The notes under the pieces: model-generated
What the model saw: only the letters and a program-made list of their open reading frames with translations
What the model was told of the DNA's origin: nothing
Databases searched by the model: none
Origin: Eledone cirrhosa
Lineage: Eukaryota
Direction of reading: 5' to 3'
NCBI GenBank assembly: GCA_964016885.1
Contig: OZ024740.1
Coordinates: forward strand, 83,762,001-83,826,000
Length of the DNA stretch: 64,000 bases
Program-made: the position numbers and the translations under genes
Shown: positions 1-11,714 of the stretch, in pieces
Position numbering within the stretch: position 1 is the stretch's first letter
Layout of the letters: every line of letters begins with the position of its first letter

Positions 1-1825
1 GTTGTGTGTGTTTTGTTGTTGTGTTTGCGATGTTGGTGCCTGTGGTGGTGGTGTTGAAGGTGTTGTTGGCGGTGGTGTTGTCGCCGGTGGTGATGGTGGT
101 GCTAGTGTGGGTGGTGATGGTGTTGGTGGTGTTGCTGCTGTGAGTCTCTTTGCAGTAGCCTTTACCCTTTTTTCATTTCTTTCCTCCCTTTTCAAAGGCG
201 ACGATGCGCTGCTTCTGCGTTTGTGCCTTCTTACGACCTTTTGCCATCCCTCTCCCATCTAACGCTCCATGTCTTATTCTGTGAGGTCGGGGAGGGGTAC
301 CAGCTCCACTCTTTCACTTGTTGTTGTTGGTGATGTTTGCACTGGAGTCTCTGTTGCAGCTGCATTTGGTATTGCTGTTGATGTTGTTAATACTTCCATG
401 CTGCTGCTGTTTTTGATTACCGTGGCGTGGGTATGGGTGCCACGGACCTATCGTTCCTGGTTGCCGCTTGTCCTGTTGCTGGTAGCCGTGGAGCTGGTTT
501 CGGAAGGAGGGCGGTTTTCTCGTTTCTCAGGGTCTTCTCGTTGCAGAAGGCCCTGGGGTGAGTCTTCGATCCACAGCGAAAGCATTTCGGGCGTTTGCCC
601 TCAACCCTTATAGGCAGTTGAGTGCCGTTATCGAAGTCTATCACATCCGGGATAGCTTCGATGCACTCCTGGTTGGTTTGGATTAACATTTCAATGGAGG
701 TGCCGTCCCAATCTTCTCTTACTTTTTTCTGTACTTGCAGTACAGTTGTTTTGTCCTCGATTCCAACGAGGACAGACGCGGCCAGCCAAGAAGGGGCCAT
801 CCCGGGGAGGACGTGGGTCAGTTTGACCCTCACAATTGTTTGCCGGCAGTAGGAGGGCACCAACACCATTTCCTCATTCCTTAGGGTCACTAAGGATTGA
901 GCCTTTGCCTCCTGGGCTGTGGCAAAATTACGTTTACGTTGGCATATTTCTTGCCTCGGGTGATGTGCGTTTTCCGCTGCCACACAGACCCCAAGGCTTT
1001 TTGTATTTGAGCCTCTGTGGCTCTTTCAACTCTACGGGATTTTGTACTTACTGTACGGTACATAACCGTACAGTGCTATTGGGTTTCGAAAAAATTTTCC
1101 GCTGCCTTGCAGATTGCTCGGTGTCCAGTTTTTGTCACCATCTTCTTCGCTTCCTCTAATTCCTCATTTGTTATGAGGATGGTTTCCAGGTTCTTTGCGA
1201 TACCTACAAACGAGATTGGTTTTTCTTTGCTGCTGTTGTTGTTGTTGCTGCTGCTGCTGTTGTTGCTGTTGCTGCTAATGCAGTTGTTGTTTATGCTGCT
1301 GCTGATGCTGTTGCGGCTGCTACTGTTGTTTTCCTTGTCACTGTTGCTGCTGTTATTACGGCTGCTACTGCTATTATTCCTGACGTCAGACGAATGAAAT
1401 GGGTTTTCGTATTTCCCACACACCTTTTTCGTCGTTGTCGTCGTCGTCGTGGAGAAATCTTGCTCGCTTTGCACGTGAATTTTTTTTTCTGGCGTCGCTT
1501 GCGAAAGAGAAGGGAGGGAGAGAGACAATCTTCTCTCTGCTGTAGTGACGATTGCGGAAGAAGAAGACGGAATGAGTGGGAGTGACCTATGAAAATTCTT
1601 TTTCGTAGCCATGTTGTTTTTTTGTTTAAAATAAATATTGGGCACAAAACCCCAATGGGCGGTAATTTATCCCCGAAGGGCCAAATAACGGGCAGAAAGA
1701 CCCTTCTCACGAGGAGGAGGGTGTTTTTGTCTACAAGTTGGTTAAAGTTTTAAACAATTTACAATTGTTATAGCGGTCAAAATTTATAATACCTTACAGA
1801 GCCGAGCCTCCATCAACCATAGCAT
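1..1825 (-). mobile_element. 5' part (5'UTR + frameshifted ORF1) of an L1/Tx1-clade LINE, running off the window start
   Basis: Minus ORFs 1076-1645 and 417-983; gag-like CCHC knuckle VEGKRPKCFRCGSKTHPRAFC; homologous knuckle in the LINE at 24.4 kb; low-complexity N/S/T tracts. Confidence 0.75.
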
Positions 1826-1827
1826 TC

Positions 1828-3000
1828 AATAATAATAATAATAATAATGATGATTTCTTTATTGGCCACAAGGGCTGATATAGAGAAAAACATTACAGAC
1901 GGCACAGGACAGTACAGGATGGTACGATGAGGGTTTTGTGCGTGTAAATATGTCTATTATTTATATAAGAAAAGAAAAAAAATGGACATAGAAACATATA
2001 TATATATATAAACAATAAAAATGAAAATTGAAACAATGAAAAATTCCCCAATAAGGGGGAATCCTCCGGGGGTTACTCGTGGCGAAAACCACACAAAAGA
2101 CCACCGCCACCCTGACCACCAGGGCAAGCGCCCTCTCTCAATTTTTCCCTCTTCCAAACTACAGACGTATATTCAGAGTGGTCCGGTCCACTCGGACCAT
2201 TCTCGCCACATTCACCCACCTTTCAACAAACTTGGTAGAAAGCAGAACTTGCCTCTCCACCCTGATTTTCCTCTTCAAGTGAAACTTGAAAAAGTTAATT
2301 AGGGATTCGTCGAAGAGGAAAGTGTCTGGCTTTAACCCTTTTAACCTTGTCCACAACACAATCTCTTTCGCCATGGCCACCAGGCAGATGAAAACCGCCT
2401 GCCCTTCCTCCTCGAAGGAAGACGACGAGACCATCTGCACAATGGTCTCAGTCGACAACCGGATCAGTCCCACACGCGACTGCAACTGTTCGACATAGCT
2501 CCACAAGTCAGCAATGCTCGGGCACTGAACGAGTGCGTGCACAACGGTTTCGTCGCTCTGCGCGCATCTCGGACAGGCTCGGCTGACGGCACTTCCGTAC
2601 CTGTAGAGCTTATCTCGAACCGACAGCGCTCCCCGATAGTACTGCCAGGCCAGGGATTTTTGGAAGTTATCCATAGGTCCCGGGCTGAAAATTCTCCGGA
2701 AGAGAGCAAACAGCTGATCTTCTTCGACGCCCAGGATCTCTCTGAGAATGTCGTCGCACTTCCCCTCCTCTATAGTCCTCTATAGAACGCCGATGTGGAT
2801 GTTTCTCCGATACTGGTGTCCAGCTGGGAGAGGACAGTGAGCGTCTGGAGACATTCCAGTTTCCAAACGCTATCCCTCGGTCTTTTTCTGACCCAGAACT
2901 GCAGCTCCGTCAAGGAGACGAGCTGTTGGAAAACGTGCCTGGCGAACGGCGACCATACCCTCACCAAGATACCTTGGTGGGTTTGCCAATTTAGTCGCCA
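1828..3000 (-). mobile_element. 5'-truncated Tx1-like LINE 3' end (ORF2 C-terminus, 3'UTR, AATAAA, (ATT)n tail)
   Basis: ORF 2159-2674 has the ORF2 C-terminal Zn motif CPRC...ETVVHALVQC and is similar to the 20.1-21.2 kb LINE; minus-strand AATAAA at ~1858-1863 followed by (ATT)n at 1828-1850. Confidence 0.8.
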
Positions 3001-3234
3001 ACGACCCGACCATGAGACAGGTTGTACTGGGATACATGTTACCAGTAGCACCAACTGGTGACCTGACATATATATATATATATATACACATATATACACA
3101 TATATATATACACATATTTATATGTTTGTGTGTGAGTGTGCGTGAGTGTGTGTGTGTGTGTGTGTTTGAAAACAAAATAGAAAACAGAACGAAAGTGTAA
3201 TTTCAAAGAAAGCAACGCAAAATCAGTTTAAACG

Positions 3235-3566
3235 TGTGGATATGGTATGGCGTGCGGTGGCCGGAGACGGGGGAGTGCTCGACCGGAAGGGCCAGCAGAG
3301 GGTGCTCTCTAGTGGTGCCAAGCAACGGTGTGAACGCCAGTTTGCGCAGCTCCCGGTGTTAGGATGTTGGAGGCAGGCGGACGAGGACTAACCAGCAGTG
3401 GAGATAGCGGCGCCTATGAAAAGCGAAACCATATGGCACTGTTTGTACCAATGTAGAAACTACCAGTCTAGGAGAATGGACATATTAAAATTGGTCTTTA
3501 AACTACCAAGAGTGGAGATAGCGGCGCCTATGAAAAGCGGTAAGTGAGATAGTTTTTCCAACCACC
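3235..3566 (+). repeat. 5' LTR (~332 bp)
   Basis: Near-identical to 7238-7638 apart from the internal tandem unit. Confidence 0.9.
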
Positions 3567-3684
3567 AGCTATTTCGGCCAATGGAAACAGATCTGATTGA
3601 AAAAAGAAAAAAAAAAAAAGCTACTGGAAAAACAGAGAGGAGTCTTTTTTTTTTTTTATCACGTACCGCAAGACAAATCAGAAG

Positions 3685-4446
3685 ATGGCGACAAGACTAC
3701 GAACAAGCGAAGCTATCAGGGCATTTACCGGGGAAGGTGGTGTTGTCGCTTGGCTGCGGAAAGTTCGGCTGGTCGCAAGCTTGCAGAAGATAGAGGATGT
3801 GGCTGACCTCATGGTACTCTACCTCGAGGGGGACGCGTTGGTACTCTTCCTTGAGTTGGACGAACACAACCAAAGAGATGCGCAAAAGATTGAGAGGCGC
3901 CTGATAGATGCATTCGCCAAGGGACCGTTGGCCGCTTTTGCTAAGCTGGCGAGAATCAGATGGAATGGTGAGCGCGTCGACATTTTCGCAGCGGAAATAC
4001 GTCGGTTGGCCATGTTGGCTGGATATCAGGTGGAATGCGAACGCACGGTGCGGTTGGCGTTCATCAATGGATTTCCAGACGACATAGCGGTGAAACTGCA
4101 GCAAGTCCCGGGTTATAAAGAAATGGAAATGTGTTCACTGGTGGAACAAGCCCGGATCATAGCGGAAGATGCCAAAAAGAGTGTTGCGGCGATAGCAACT
4201 ACAGAGGCTCAAGACAGCTGGCAGCGAAATGGTGAAAGGGAGGCAACCACGACACGCGGTCGCCCGCGAACGTTTAGAGGTCGCTGTTTTCGGTGCCAGG
4301 GCCCGCACATGGCTAGAGACTGCAGAGAGTCAAGGCCGGAAATAACATGCTACCGGTGTAAGCGACCAGGCCACATCGCTACTAACTGCGACCAGGGAAA
4401 CGATCCAAGGGGAACTACTGCGCCGGTAGTTGCCCCTTACGAGTAG
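3685..4446 (+). CDS. gag: Gypsy Gag with two CCHC zinc knuckles
   Basis: Open 253-aa ORF; CFRCQGPHMARDC and CYRCKRPGHIATNC. Confidence 0.9.
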   Translation: MATRLRTSEAIRAFTGEGGVVAWLRKVRLVASLQKIEDVADLMVLYLEGDALVLFLELDEHNQRDAQKIERRLIDAFAKGPLAAFAKLARIRWNGERVDIFAAEIRRLAMLAGYQVECERTVRLAFINGFPDDIAVKLQQVPGYKEMEMCSLVEQARIIAEDAKKSVAAIATTEAQDSWQRNGEREATTTRGRPRTFRGRCFRCQGPHMARDCRESRPEITCYRCKRPGHIATNCDQGNDPRGTTAPVVAPYE

Positions 4447-7143
4447 CGGCGCTGCTCGTGGTGGAAGTCTTCGTGAGGGGAAAGCCACAGCGAGCCCTCA
4501 TGGACACGGGCTGTACGACGACACTGGTGACCGCGTGGGTGGCGCAGAGGTGGAGAGGGAAGAGCAGCGTAAGGGCAGTCGACGGTAGGAAAATTGAATG
4601 CCGAGGTCGCAGCGAGGTGGAAATAGCGGTACGGGGAAGGAAAATAAGGCTTTCCGCCATCGTAGTAGACAGCGTGGTGGATTGGATCGGCGTGATTATG
4701 GGCATGGATGCAATTGGCCGTCTAGGAGGCGTCACAGTGAACAACGTCGTTGTGTCGTTTGGCGCCGCTGCATCGGTATGCGCTGTGAGTGAACGACAGG
4801 AGAACCAGAAGGCCCACGAGGAGAAATACCCCGCTTACACTGTGCAGGACAAAGACTTCAAGGCCGTGTTTGATGGGCAGCGATGGGTTGTTGAGTGGTA
4901 CTGGAAGGGAGAACCACCAACACTGAAGACCAAAGTGGGCTGCTATCAACACACATTGAAGGGAAACATTAGGAGCTAGTTCGAGCGAGAGGTAGAGAGA
5001 TGGATTGAAGAGGGCATACTGTTCCCCGGAAGGAGGAGGTGAAGTGCGGAGTATTGCCGTTAATGGCGGTGGTGCAACCCACGAAGAACAAGGTGAGGCC
5101 GGTGCTGGACTTTCGGGAGCTGAACGAGCACGTGTCATGCCACACGGGTGGCGAGGTCACGGATGTCTGCGGGGAAACCCTGCGTGAGTGGAGACGCATG
5201 ACGGGGGTTTCAGCAATCGTAGATCTAAAGTCGGTATACTTGCAAGCTCTGGCAGTATCAGCTGGTCAGGTATAAGGGCCGGACATATTGCCTGACCAGG
5301 CTCGGTTTCGGGCTGAGCTCCGCACCGAAGATCATGGCGGCGGTCCTCAAGACCGTTCTGGGGAAGGCCGACAAGATGAAGTGGGCTACTAACTCCTATA
5401 TTGACGACATCATAGTGGACGAGTCTGTGGTGTCGGCGGCGGAGGTCACGAGCCCTTTACAGGGGTATGGACTGGCTGCGAAGCCGTCAGAAGCATTGGA
5501 GGGAGGAGCCGCGCGCGCTGGGACGTAGGCTACGGCGAGACAGGACGGGCGTTTTGGTATTCCAGAGGGGAAACGAAGTTCCAGAACTGGGCCCAAGTAT
5601 GAGTAGGCGGGAGCTTTTCTCGGTGTGTGGAAAGCTGGTGGGTCACTACCCGATCGCTGGGAGGGTCTGGACGGCATGCCGTTATGTCAAGAGACGAGCG
5701 GGAGGAGTGACTTGGAGTGACAGAGTGGGAGAGAGGACGGTGGCCATGATGCAGGAGATAGTGGTGAGGGTGAAGGCCGACGATCCAGTGCGGGGACGCT
5801 TGTATGTTCCCAAATCACAGAACGGGACCGTATGGTGCGATGCAAGCAGCATAGCGCTGGGTGTCACGTTGGAGATAGGAGGTGTTGAGGTCGAGGATGC
5901 AGCCTGGCTTAGGAAGAAGGACGACTACAACCACATCAATGTGGCCGAACTGGACGCAGTGTTGAGAGGGGTGAACCTCGCCCTGAGGTGGGGGCTGCGC
6001 ACCATCGAGATACGCACCGACTCGGCTACTGTACTCGGATGGGTCAGATCAGTGCTCACCAGTGAGAAGAGAGTGCGAACAAGAGGGACGGCGGAGATGC
6101 TGATAAAGCGCCGCCTTGGAACTTTAGGAGAGCTGGACACCGAGTTCAACCTGAAGCTGAGCGTAGTTTTCGTGCCCTCAGAGAAAAATAGGGCGGACAT
6201 CTTAACTAGGGTGAAGAAAGCCTGGATGGAAGCGCCGGAGGAGGTAGAAGATGAGATAGCTGCCGTGTGTCGGCTGACCGAGTCGGATCTGAAAGGGTTG
6301 CATGACATGCACAACATGGGAGTGGATAGGAGCCTGTTCCTAGCCAGGAGAATCGACTCGGACGTTAACAGACACAGTGTTCAAAGAGTGGTTAGAGGCT
6401 GCGTCCGATGTCAGTCCATTGATCCCGCCCCGGGTGTACACGAAACGGGAAGCCTCCCGGTGGATCGCGACTGGAAGCGATTAGCGGTGGATGTAACGCA
6501 CTACCGACAGGGAACGTACCTCTCGATGGTCGACTGTGGACCAGGACGGATGGCGATATGGAGGGAGATGAAGACTGGAACGACCGAGGAAATCATGCGG
6601 ACGTTGAGAGAGGTGTTCTTGGAGCGGGGCCCTGTAGACGAGCTGCTGATGGACAACAGCGCAGCGTTCCGCTCGGAGGCACTGAGGGAGATGCTCGACG
6701 GATGGAAGGTGGACCGTTTCTTCAGAGCGGCGCACAGGCCAAGCGGGTGGAATTGTGGAGCGACACCACCGGACGATCAAGGCAATGGCGGAGCGGAGCC
6801 ATATCACACCAATGGAGGCAGTGTTCTGGTACAACATGTCCCCTCGAGTAGGACAGGTCGAGGAATCGGTGCCACACAGAGCAGTATTCAAATACAAGTG
6901 GCGGCACCCGTGCACGCCACCACAACGGCCAGTGGGAGAGAGAGTGCATTCGTGCAGGTGGGCGAAGAAGTCTGGGTTAAGCCCCCAGATGCACGTTGCA
7001 CATCTCAATGAGGAAGGGAAACGGTGACGGCCGTAAATTCACAGAACAATGTGTCCGTGGACGGAGTACCACGTCATGTCCCGGATGTACGAAGAATCAC
7101 TGTTTCAACGGACTCCGAGGAAGAGGAAACCCAAGTGGAATAG
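4395..7143 (+). pseudogene. pol: Gypsy pol (protease, RT, RNase H, integrase), disrupted by stops, frameshifts and a deletion in RT
   Basis: ALMDTGC (protease); RPVLDFRELN, DLKS, YIDD (RT); WCDAS, AELDA, RTDS (RNase H); CVRC, LAVD, MDNS, ERHHRTIK (integrase). Confidence 0.9.
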
Positions 7144-7237
7144 GAAACCCAAAGTGCTAAACCACCAACCTGGACAGCAGACTTTCACATGCAGAGAGAC
7201 GAGGGGAAATTGATCCTTGAGATCAGGGGGGGGGGCG

Positions 7238-7638
7238 TGTGGATATGGTGTGGCGTGCGGTGGCCGGAGGCGGGGGAGTGCTCGACCGGAAGGGCCAGCA
7301 GAGGGCGCTCTCTAGTGGTGCCTAGCAACGGTGTGTACGCCAGTTTGTGCAGTGCCTAGCAACGGTGTGAACGCGAGTTTGTGCAGTACCTAGCAAATGT
7401 GTGAACGCCAGTTTGTGCAGCTCCCGGTGTTAGGAAGTTGGAGGCAGGCGGACGAGGACTAACCAGCAGTGGAGATAGCGGCACCTATGAAAAGCGAAAC
7501 CATATGGCACTGTTTGTACCAATGTAGAAACTACCAGTCTAGGAGAATGGACATATTAAAACTGGTCTTTAAACTACCAAGAGTGGAGATAGCGGCGCCT
7601 ATGAAAAGCGGTAAGTGAGATAGCTTTTTCCAACCACA
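7238..7638 (+). repeat. 3' LTR (~401 bp) with two extra copies of a ~34-bp unit
   Basis: Unit gtgcctagcaacggtgtgaacgccagtttgtgca present three times here and once in the 5' LTR. Confidence 0.9.
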
Positions 7639-8199
7639 AAACGGAAATTAAAATTTACTTTGTTTTCGGTTAAGTGTGTTCAGTTATTACGATGTCTGAA
7701 GATATAAAAATGGGCAAAGAATAGAAATATTTAGAATGATAAATATTTAATTTTTTCATCTACTTGAATATAAACATTTATCTCGAAAATATAATCTTCC
7801 AATTATCATATATTAGTAATGAGTATTCAGTTTCTACTGGCATTATAAGCTATCTCTATAAAGTTTCACATATACGCAATATTCTATATCTGAAAATATT
7901 GATATGGGTTCTAGGTATAGCTAAATGATTAAACCGCCGTCACTGTGCCATCCATTTCAGTTATGTCATATGTACATATCTTAATCCAAGATATTTGTAG
8001 AGCTCTGTCAGAAGGGCCAATGAGAAATTGATGGCCCGCTTAGCACGAAGCAAGGATATTCAAACAAAGAGGGAAATTTTTGAATTGAGCACATTTTGCC
8101 TCTCAGAAGATTTGTTTCTAGTGCGAATGTCACTCGATTCCTACAATGACGGTAGGCGTGGCCAACACCACAGACAAACCACTGCCACCACCACCACCA

Positions 8200-8790
8200 C
8201 CACCACCACCAGTGAAACAACGGAAACTAAAAGCAAAATGAACGCACACAACAGCAACAACATAAATGATAACAACAATGCCACCACCGCTGAACGGAAT
8301 GGCAGGCTGTCATTAGAATGGAACAGTCAAAATTCTGAAAACAATAACAGCAACAACAGCAACAGCAACAACAGCAGTAGCAGCAGTAGCAGTAGTAGCA
8401 GCAGTAGCAGCAGAAACAACACCGACAGCACCAGTAGTAGTAGTAGCAACAGTACCACAAGACCAGTAGCAGCGGTAGCGGCAGCAATAAAGGGGCCGCT
8501 GAAAAAGGGACCATTTCTATTGTGGGGGTAGCCAGAAATTTAGAGACAGTGATAGTCATGGAGGAGGAGATGGCTATCGCAAGGGGCATGGCAACGACAA
8601 AAGCCAATCGAGTCTCCATGAAAGCTCCACCCAATTTTTTCAATGACCATCAGTTGCGGATGGAGACTTACCGCACTCTAAGCAAAATATCACAAAAGGC
8701 CTTGGGGTGCGTGTGGGCACACAAAACCCGCATCACCCGAGGCAAAATGTATGCCACCGCGGACGTACTGTATATATGTAGAGCGATATA
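8200..8790 (+). pseudogene. Diverged fragment of the same Tx1-like ORF1 family as 1-1825
   Basis: GVARNLETVIVMEEEMAIARGMATTKANRVSMKAPPNFF aligns with GIAKNLETILITNEELEEAKKMVTKTGHRAICKAAENFF; preceded by similar AAC/AGC tracts. Confidence 0.75.
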
Positions 8791-9233
8791 CTATTTGTTT
8801 GTTATTTGAATATGGCAAAGCCGGCCATTAATCGCTCGTATACATGAAACTGACTGGCCTATCTGCTGAATTTCAAATCTGGCTGATCAATGAGTCTGCT
8901 AATATGCAAATCTAATCAGCAGGCAGTTTGGTAATATCCAAATCAAGCCGATCAGTCACTGTATATTTTGGAAAATATCATATATTCTCACTAGCTCTGG
9001 CAGTTGACAGGTAAACAGAATATTGTACTGATGAAGGGTAATCACCCATAAACATTAGTTTCTGAAGTTCTCTTTAGATGCTAACACAACAGCAAGAATG
9101 ACAGGGTCATTCTACTGACATGGCTTCAAAAAGGATTTTTGTATAATTGCAAACGAATCGAATATTATTATTAATATTCGAAAAACTCAGATTGCATTTA
9201 TTGTATCTAGCCATGTAGAGCGATAAGCTATTT

Positions 9234-9267
<34 letters not shown>

Positions 9268-9294
9268 AATTTTATGATTAATCAATACATATAT

Positions 9295-9472
9295 AATTGT
9301 TTCTATATTTGGCACAATTATTCCAGTGTATTACTGGTACTTTATTTTATCGACCCCGTAAGGATGAAAGGCATAGTTAGCCGTGGCGGGATTTGAACTC
9401 AGACCATAAAGAGCCGTAACTCTTTGCTGCAAAGCATGGCGTCCAACCCTCTACCGATACTGCCAATCCAAT
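9295..9472 (-). mobile_element. tRNA-derived SINE (same family as 14718-14906)
   Basis: Minus-strand B-box GAGTTCAAATCC; shared body ctttcatccttacggggtcgataaaata. Confidence 0.8.
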
Positions 9473-9930
9473 GTATATAGATAATGATTCTCAGTACAAA
9501 GCGCGATAATATTCTGTTCAGAGCATCTTTAATATAGGTATGAACGATATATAAGATGATATACCTTTAATTATTTAAATTTACTCATCATTTTTCTATA
9601 TATATGTACAGAATACTATTTTGATTCTCAATTGATATATTTCTATTGATTCTACCACTAATATGTCTATATTAGTTTGAGGTCCCTGAAATTAATTCGC
9701 CTGAAGCTCTTTCTAGCACTATTTAATGCCTGTGCTGTCTTATCTACCCTTCCGTAAAACGTTATCCTTGTATATGTTTGTATATGTGTATATTTATATA
9801 TGTGTGTGTGTGTGTGTATGGGAATGTGTCTGTAGACACCTGAAATATAGATTAGAGAAACATGACAATAAGGCCAGGCACCTAATATTTGAACTGGTTT
9901 ATAGAATTCTCTCTGCCTTTGTCACTCTAA

Positions 9931-10130
9931 AAAAAAAGGATCGATCGACTTTCGTTCATCGGTCTTTCCAGTTGCTAATACTATCTATCGGTCGCAACTC
10001 CAGGTAGAAGGAGCAACGTGAAATAAAGTGTCTTGTTCAAGGACATAACGTATCGCCCGGTCCAGAAATCGAACTCACAACCTCAAGATTGTGAATCCAA
10101 TTCTCTAACCACTCAGCCACACGCCTTCAC
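9931..10130 (-). mobile_element. tRNA-derived SINE inserted in the pLTR
   Basis: Head ggcgtgtggctgagtggttagag...gagttcgatttc (A and B boxes); TSD ttgtcactctaa at 9919-9930 and 10131-10142. Confidence 0.8.
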
Positions 10131-10426
10131 TTGTCACTCTAAGTATAGCTTTAAAGAATTAGCTTTTAAAGAATTTCCCTTTTCTTTAAACCCATCAACC
10201 ATGACTGACCCCCAACCATCTTATAGACACCTGAAAGATAGGCATTGTTGGCTTAAGAGAAACTTAAAAATGAGGAGTGGCACCCCAATTTGAACTTGTT
10301 TATAGAATTCTTTCTGACTTTGTCACTCTAAATATAAATTATAGCTCTAAAGAATTAGCTTTTAATGAATTCCCTTTTCTTTCAACCAGAAAATATATAA
10401 ATACCACCGTATTTACTTGGACAGTC

Positions 10427-10476
10427 AGATTCCTGATGATTTCTCAAGATGAAACAGTTCTAGTCCTGTAGAATCT
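10427..10476 (+). ncRNA. Type I hammerhead ribozyme (family A)
   Basis: AGATTC-CTGATGA-TTTCTCAAGAT-GAAA-CAG ttctagtc CTG-TA-GAATCT: 6-bp stem I, intact core, GUA site, U.U at the base of a short stem II. Confidence 0.8.
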
Positions 10477-10504
10477 CCTCTCTATTAAAACTATATATAT
10501 ATAT

Positions 10505-10626
10505 ATATATCCAAAATTAAATTAAGGGTGTCATGTCTGAGAGGCATGCGCCATATCCACTGTAGAATATGCTTAAAGATTCCAATGAATAGATCCGGGC
10601 ATTTTATATCAACTAGAAATTGATTT

Positions 10627-10658
<32 letters not shown>

Positions 10659-10972
10659 AACATATGAAACAATCACAGGCAATAATTTGTAAAGTGTGTA
10701 AGCACACACAGCTAGGTAGGTAACTAATTAAAGTTTAAGTAGAACTTCAAATATAGAAACCTTTTAAAATGATTAATCTCCTGTATTTTCTATGTAAACA
10801 CATAGTTAAATCTTCTCCCTTGTTGAAAAGCCAGGATTTGACTACTGCGATTTACCAATTGATGCTGAAATATATTTCTTTCTTTAATGAAATATATACA
10901 AAGGAGATTAATCATTTTAATCATGGAAGTTGTTTACAAATTATTCCCTGTGATTGTTTCATATGTTTATTT

Positions 10973-11051
<79 letters not shown>

Positions 11052-11620
11052 ATACTTGGGGAGGGTCATCAATTTCTAGTTGATATAAAATGCTCCGATA
11101 TATTCATTGGAATCTTTGACCATATTCTACAGTTGATATGGCACATGCCTCTCAGACATGACACCCTTAATTTAATTTTGGATATATATACGGTCCCTTA
11201 ATTGTAGAGCTAACTCAGTTGAAAAGACTCGGCTGATATTTCTAGCTGTCTATAATCCTATTCACACCACTGGGATGACGCTGGTACGATGTGTGTATTT
11301 TTAAAAAAATGCAACACGTGCTACGATACATTCACAGATTTGCATTTGCTGTGTAAACACAGATAGTTAAATATTCTCCTTTGTTGAAAATCTGAATTTG
11401 ACTACTGTGATTTTCCGATTGATGGTGAAATATATTTCTTTATTTAATGAAATATATACGAAGGAGATTAATCATTTTAAAAGGTATCCATATTTGAAGT
11501 TCTAGGTAAACTTAAATTAGTTACCTACCTAGCTGTGTGTGCTTACACACTTTACAAAGTATTCCCTGTGATTGTTTCATATGTTTATGTTATATCTATG
11601 TCAATCAATTTCTAGTTGAT
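10505..11620. repeat. Mosaic of inverted and direct duplications of pLTR-like sequence
   Basis: 10505-10626 inverted at 11070-11190; ~10655-10770 inverted at ~11475-11600; ~10790-10920 direct at ~11350-11480. Confidence 0.75.
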
Positions 11621-11714
11621 ATATATATATCAAAATAAATTAACGGAGTCATAAACTCGCATTAGTCCCTGTAATTTATGAGCTCAAAGAAAAAAAGAAT
11701 CCTGGGCACATATA

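Larger units (their letters stand above)
3235..7638 (+). mobile_element. Gypsy/Ty3 LTR retrotransposon with both LTRs, coding-defective
   Basis: Outer TG...CA termini, 5-bp TSD AAACG (3230-3234 / 7639-7643), polypurine tract at 7225-7235, domain order gag-PR-RT-RH-IN. Confidence 0.95.
9825..10490 (+). mobile_element. Solo PLE pLTR with internal duplication, a SINE insertion and a hammerhead ribozyme
   Basis: Homologous to minus-strand copies at ~39910-40145 and ~58185-58690; ends in (TA)n. Confidence 0.7.

Noticed and set aside
8028-8531. Poly-N/S/T ORF as a host transcription-factor exon
   Set aside because: Adjacent sequence is homologous to the LINE ORF1 at 1076-1645
9020-9065. CTGATGA-AGGGT aatc ACCC hammerhead candidate
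   Set aside because: GAAA box absent (ATAAA) and no stem I; at most a relic
10050-10130. tRNA gene (also at 37480-37554)
   Set aside because: tRNA-like heads continue into SINE bodies bounded by TSDs
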